From the NCBI RefSeq assembly GCF_003918875.1, contig NW_025767631.1:334245-374000 (forward strand): DNA of 39,756 nucleotides, written 5' to 3'. The stretch is from Haliotis rubra (Eukaryota). Position 1 is the stretch's first letter. Each line of letters begins with the position of its first letter. The position numbers and the translations under genes were made by a program. The notes below the pieces were generated by a model. It was not told the origin of the DNA. It did no database searches and worked only from the letters and a program-made list of their open reading frames with translations. Shown here one piece after another: positions 34,799 to 39,756 of this stretch.

Positions 34799-35209
34799 GT
34801 TCCATCGTTTGTGAAAAGGTTAATCTCGCAGACCTGAAAGGACAAACAAACAACCTTTGTTACAATGAAAGAAGTAAACAGATCATGTGTCCTAGAAATC
34901 AAACACTTTTGATACAAGCGCTGTTGCAAAGAGTACACTCACCTGACGAAGAGGACCCCAGTTCCTGTAGAGAATCAGCCCGTGATAACTATTATGACAT
35001 TGGGAAATGCCTATTGAACACTACGGATGTGCAGGAGAAGACGGCCTACGAGGCAGCGATGAGGGAGGTTCTGGAGGAGTGTAGTCAGAAGAGGTACTGC
35101 ATCCTGGAGAGTGACAAGACGTCCTCTATCCATGGACTCAAGGACCTTCCAGTCGGAGAGGGGAACAGACACCCGTCACACCTGGTGGTAATGAATCAGT
35201 GTGTTAAAG
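34799..35209 (+). CDS. Gene 2 exon 2: SUEL/lectin-like Cys-rich domain (8 Cys)
   Basis: tatttcag| ... AAAG|gtaagg, phase 1-1, 411 nt. Contains YDIGKCLLN, REVLEECSQKRYCILES and MNQCVK, and is paralogous to 17484-17885. Confidence 0.9.
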
Positions 35210-36096
35210 GTAAGGATTTCGCCATACAGGCCCATTACTTATTATTCTGCTGATAGTGGGGTTTGCCGAACTTAAATATTTACCATCTTGAGTTGATGAC
35301 TGTAATATTCAAAACTATGTCATTTCCATTTTCCCTTGATCTATGTTTTTTTCAGTTATTACCGAACATACCGTGAGATTGTGGGAGATTGTGGCAGAAA
35401 CTAGACTGCGTTCACTTTAGTTTGTGTCATGTTACCACCTGTTTGTGTTTAGTTACATCAAATTACCTTTCACTTTAACTCTAACTATACATGTATTCTA
35501 AACTATATTACACTAATTATTCAAAGCTCAATAACGTCTTAAAATTGAGCAATCCTAAAATCGTAGTTTTTGTTCAGCGGTTCCCCTGCCCGCCCCTACA
35601 AACACCACCCATGTCCAGCTACATCAGTCTGTATGGGAATTCTGGTTGTATTAACTTCATAACGCTTGTACAATAGGCCTGCTCTGACAAGCTGCGTGAA
35701 TGTGAAGTGCAGGACTTTACAGTGGTAAGGCTTCTCCGTGCGTGTTTATCCCTCATGGTAGGTAATTCAATGTAATGACTTACTGGACATGTCAGTTTGA
35801 ACCAATAAACCCACCTCTGTGTCTGTCTAATGAACCACTCTTCCAACTTCTTCACAATTACCTAGCACGAATACCGTTTTTATGATCACAACCACAATGC
35901 ATACACAAATATGGTATCGCAACCCCTATGAATTTTATGCTGCTATTCATTTCATAATTATATTATTTGCATGATTAGTTTTACCCTTCGTGCGCATGTT
36001 TAGATATGCATGTGCTACGATCAAATCACGTGCAATAACTTAGTAATAAGCTCAATAACTTGGAAAATCAGTCGATTTCGTTGTTGATGAGCAACT

Positions 36097-37100
36097 ATGG
36101 GATCTCCTCAGCTGACAACTGCTCAAAGATGGCAAGTTACTGGTTTGCATCGACCATCAGCCGAATGGCTACATGACATTAGCAAACTAATGACGTTAAG
36201 TACCGCCAGCATTTAGGTCCACCGCGACTGACTACTTCTTGGAAGGATAAAACCCTTCATAAATTGTCAAGTGGTTTATTAAAAACAGTGGCTTCCACAT
36301 TGTCGTTTGTCGAACAGATCAGTCCGAAATCGCCTAAAATCGGCGAAGTATAGAGCCAGGCGACCTATCAGACGTCCGTTGTTATGCCCAGAGCACTAAA
36401 CAGCGCATAAAGCTTCGTGTCAAAGTCGACGTCACTGGATCTTGAAGGTCATGGGTTTGGGTCCGTTGGCGATTTCTTTTGTTAATGACTGATGGGCGAT
36501 TGTTTGGAGTGGCAGAGACACTGCATATGCACAACGGAATATCTTTGAGTAAGTACTGTTTGGCAGGGGTTCATTCATTGCTCACTTGGCCTTGTGACGA
36601 TCAAGCTTGGTGTCAAGGTCGACGTCAGTGGAACTTGAAAGTTATGGGTTAGGATCCGTTGGCGATTTCTTTTGTAAATGACTGATAGGCGATTGTTTGG
36701 AGTGGCAGAGACACTGCATATGCACAAAGGAATATATTTTAGGAAGTACTGTTTGGCGGGGGCTCATTCATTGCTCACTTGGCGATCAGACAAAGTCTGA
36801 ATGGACAGCAGTACATCACTGGGTTGTTGTTCCACATTTCGATGACCATCCCCTCAACACAAGGCCAGTCTTAATGGACGTGTGATTTCGTACGTCAAGA
36901 GGCGGCACCTATTCTACTTTGGCCCGCGAAGATTTCAATTGCATGGAGTACGTTTGGATCATTATCGGTCGCAGAATACGACAGAGAGATCCTACAGTAC
37001 AAATGTTTGATGTATTGGAGCAGGCCCTCCATCATGAATGGAAAGCAAGACCTCAACGTCAAGTTCAACGTCTGATAAAGTCAATGAGGAAGATGGATGT
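36097..37100 (+). mobile_element. Old Tc1 transposase relic with an internal ~170-bp duplication
   Basis: MGSPQLTTAQRWQVTG, VRNRLKSAKYRARRPIRRPLL and MEYVWIIIGRRIRQR...LEQALHHEW...QRLIKSMR. Segment 36419-36590 is repeated at 36612-36783. TIRs were not resolved. Confidence 0.75.
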
Positions 37101-37896
37101 TACTGCAGTTGGCGGATGTTGACATTGTGTTCGGTTATTGATACGTATGTGATTTCTGGAGTATTGTATGTCAGAACAATGAAAATGACCGTAGCTATAG
37201 GTGTTAACGTCATACGACTATAGTTATCGGCACTACAAAATGAGTCGCTGTTTTTGCCATGTTTGCATCTATAAAAAACTACAGTTTTTCGTTCTTTTAC
37301 CGTTTATATTAACTAATTAATTATTCCTTGAGCGTCAGTTTATCCATATAATAAGCTAAACTAAGGTTTTGATATGTTCCTTTGCTATGCTGATACTATG
37401 AAAAATATGGGGTGTTGGTATACTTTTTCACACTACCCAACAGAACGTCTGCCTACATAAACAAACTGACAGACAGACTTTATTCGTATATGAGGCCATG
37501 AGGCCGAGAGTACATGGCAATACAGAGTGTTTTGTGGCGTGAACGCCTTGTGGTGGTACATTTCATATAATGGTTTGAAAAGATTCATAGGTATACAAAT
37601 ACATATGAATGAATGAATGAATGTACACATTGAATAATAATGTATAGTTAGTGATTTACAAACTTCTTGAGTAGCAATTTAGACTTAATGCATAAACCTG
37701 GGGGTAGACAAATGCATAACATAATGATGTAAGGTATACAAATTCGCACGGTAGGGATTAAACTTAGGTTTAAACAGAAACCAACTTACTTCCATCAATA
37801 TCATATTCTAGTTATCCATACAAAATAGCGTACAACAACTCTTAATCTCACAATGAGCCATGTTAGCAGGGTAGCATCCCTCCAATAATACACTCT

Positions 37897-38040
37897 GAGG
37901 AGCGCCGGGGTAGTCACGTGGTTAAAGTGTTCGCCCGTCACACCGATAACCCGGGTTCGATGCCTCACGTGGGTGTAATGTAGTGAACCGTTTTTGAGCT
38001 ACCAACCGTTAAGATATATATGCTGCGTTTTGCGTTTTCA
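37897..38040 (+). mobile_element. tRNA-derived SINE family 2 (diverged)
   Basis: ggggtagtcacgtggttaaagtgttcgcccgtcacaccgataacccgggttcgatgcctcac. Confidence 0.75.
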
Positions 38041-38103
38041 GGAAAAACCACTATATGTGACAAAATCATATCTTGGCTGTGACACTCGTGCATTGCTTTT
38101 CAG

Positions 38104-38445
38104 AACAAGTCGCCAGCGTCGTATTGTGCGACAGTGAGACACAGACAGAGAACGAGGTCTACATCAGCAGCAACCCACTGAGGATGTCAGCTCTGGGAAC
38201 AAGCACCTGTACCTGTACAGTCAGTGGAGCAGCGAGCCAGGTCACCCTACTGGACATGAGACTGGGCAACAGCAACCGGACCAGACTGACCATCAGGGAC
38301 AGGACACGGTCAGTGTACACAGCCCACGGTGGTCAGCAGACACTCCACTTCATGGAGGACATAAGGATGAGGCAGTCGGAGTGGAGTCTACACATGGATG
38401 TTGTCCCAGACCATCTCCCTGACAAGATATGGATGAGAGTGAAAG
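38104..38445 (+). CDS. Gene 2 exon 3: CUB-like domain
   Basis: gcttttcag| ... AAAG|gtagtt, phase 1-1. Reads VVLC...VYI...TCTCTV...TLLDMRLG...SEWSLHMDV...IWMRVK. Confidence 0.9.
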
Positions 38446-38556
38446 GTAGTTATTTTACGCCAGACTGTAATGAGTTTATAACGAGTGATGACAGCTTAAA
38501 ATATTCACTATTGAATCAAAATGCTTCCGTGACTTAATAAGCTTCTTTTTCTACAG

Positions 38557-38592
38557 GCTACAACAGTACTAAAGTCACAGTCACATGTGAGG
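38557..38592 (+). CDS. Gene 2 exon 4: 36-nt micro-exon GYNSTKVTVTCE
   Basis: ttctttttctacag| ... G|gtatgt, matching gene 1 exon 4. Confidence 0.87.
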
Positions 38593-39296
38593 GTATGTCC
38601 TTCCCTATATCCACCTGTCTAATCTCCTACACTCATTGTCCGTAAGATACATTGAAGCCAACAGGAAATCGAAACGTTTTTAGTATCGACATACAGCTGT
38701 GTGGAAACCATACATATGTCGAGTATGTGTAATGTATAATCATATGTGCTTGTTAGGTGCTTCTTGGAGTGAAAATTTCATAATATATATGCAGTGTGAA
38801 TGGGAGATTCTATTAATTTATTCCTATTCCACGAATACTTTTTTTCATAATTATATTAGAAAATATGTGTAGAAAGCTAACTTCATGGCAACTACACAAG
38901 GAAGGTGACACTTACAGGTCAGTACTACTATCATCATAGTGGAGACATTTGGCGGTGGTATACTGTAAACATGAAAGTTGACTTCTTTGACGTAAAAGTT
39001 GACGTTCATGGGATTTGAATATGTTTGGCAGTGCATTATTTGTTTGGACAGTAACGAAAATGTAAATCAAATTATAGGGTGTATGTATTACAGTGTTTAT
39101 TGTATATGAACAGGTAATAAATTCTTGTGACGCTATATTGCACATGAGGAATCTTCAATAAAAACGATGAATGAGGACACCAGTTCCACTAGGTTATAAC
39201 TGAATTGTCAACGTCTTTGTGCAAATGATGTCATTTTCTCTATGAGGACATGTAACTCATTCCCATTCTATAACCTGACATTAGACTTTGTTTCAG

Positions 39297-39338
39297 AATC
39301 CAACAGCATACCTGTGCTGCCACGATCCTCCTCCTCAG
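39297..39338 (+). CDS. Gene 2 putative exon 5: short Ser/Pro stalk ESNSIPVLPRSSSS
   Basis: ctttgtttcag| ... CAG|gtgaag (weak donor), phase 1-1, in the position equivalent to the gene 1 stalk exon. Confidence 0.55.
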
Positions 39339-39400
39339 GTGAAGAATGTTACAAACATACACATATAAATATCACTTCAAGTGTTGGCACTTGTACTTAA

Positions 39401-39560
39401 GGAGGCGTTGGGGTAGCCGAGTGCTTTGACCGTTCGCTTCTCACGCCAAAATTCCGGGTTCCATTCCCCACGTGGGGGGCAATGTGTGAAGCCCATTTCT
39501 GATGTGTTTTACCGTGATGTTGCTGTAATGTTGCATACCGCGGCATACATACTCATCCAC
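39401..39560 (+). mobile_element. tRNA-derived SINE family 2
   Basis: ggaggcgttggggtagccgagtg...ccgggttccattccccacgtgg...gtgtgaagcccatttctg. Confidence 0.8.
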
Positions 39561-39655
39561 TAAAAAGAACATTTTTTTATGAACTGCATTATTTCTTGGC
39601 ATCATATACAGGCACTTGCCCTGTGGCCTGACATCTCAATACAGTCTCATCAACA

Positions 39656-39721
39656 TGTTGTTGTTGTTGTCGTCGTTGTTGTTGTTGTTGTTGTTGTTGT
39701 TGTTGCTGTTGCTGATGTTGT
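39656..39721. repeat. (GTT)n microsatellite
   Basis: Imperfect gtt repeats. Confidence 0.9.
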
Positions 39722-39734
39722 CAGCATGATGTAT

Positions 39735-39756
39735 AAACATTTAACTTTCATTCCAG
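39735..39756 (+). other. Probable 3' splice site for the next exon of gene 2 (beyond the window)
   Basis: Window ends in tttaactttcattccag (branch-like ttaac, pyrimidine tract, CAG). Confidence 0.55.

Overview
Eukaryotic, repeat-rich genomic DNA with two assembly gaps. It is most likely a gastropod mollusc: the (CACT)n-tailed SINEs resemble those I associate with Haliotis/abalone, which is recognition only and not a database result. The main content is two tandem paralogous multi-exon genes on the + strand, reconstructed by hand from GT-AG junctions with consistent phases. Gene 1 is complete (8497-23313, 7 coding exons, 415 aa). It encodes a type-I membrane protein: signal peptide, Cys-rich SUEL/lectin-like domain, CUB-like beta domain, Ser/Thr/Pro stalk, TM helix and a Tyr-motif cytoplasmic tail. 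Gene 2 (32503 to beyond the window) has the same exon architecture and is cut at a 3' splice site at the last base. The acceptor of gene 1's TM exon has been amplified into a 30-bp tandem array, giving about 19 in-frame, stop-free alternative acceptors. The rest of the window holds at least 7 minisatellite arrays, two head-to-head Tc1 elements (both lacking the second catalytic Asp), two further Tc1 relics, a mariner-type MITE, an Academ(X)-like DNA transposon relic with about 400-bp TIRs, an L2-type LINE 3' end, small palindromic MITEs and many SINE copies.
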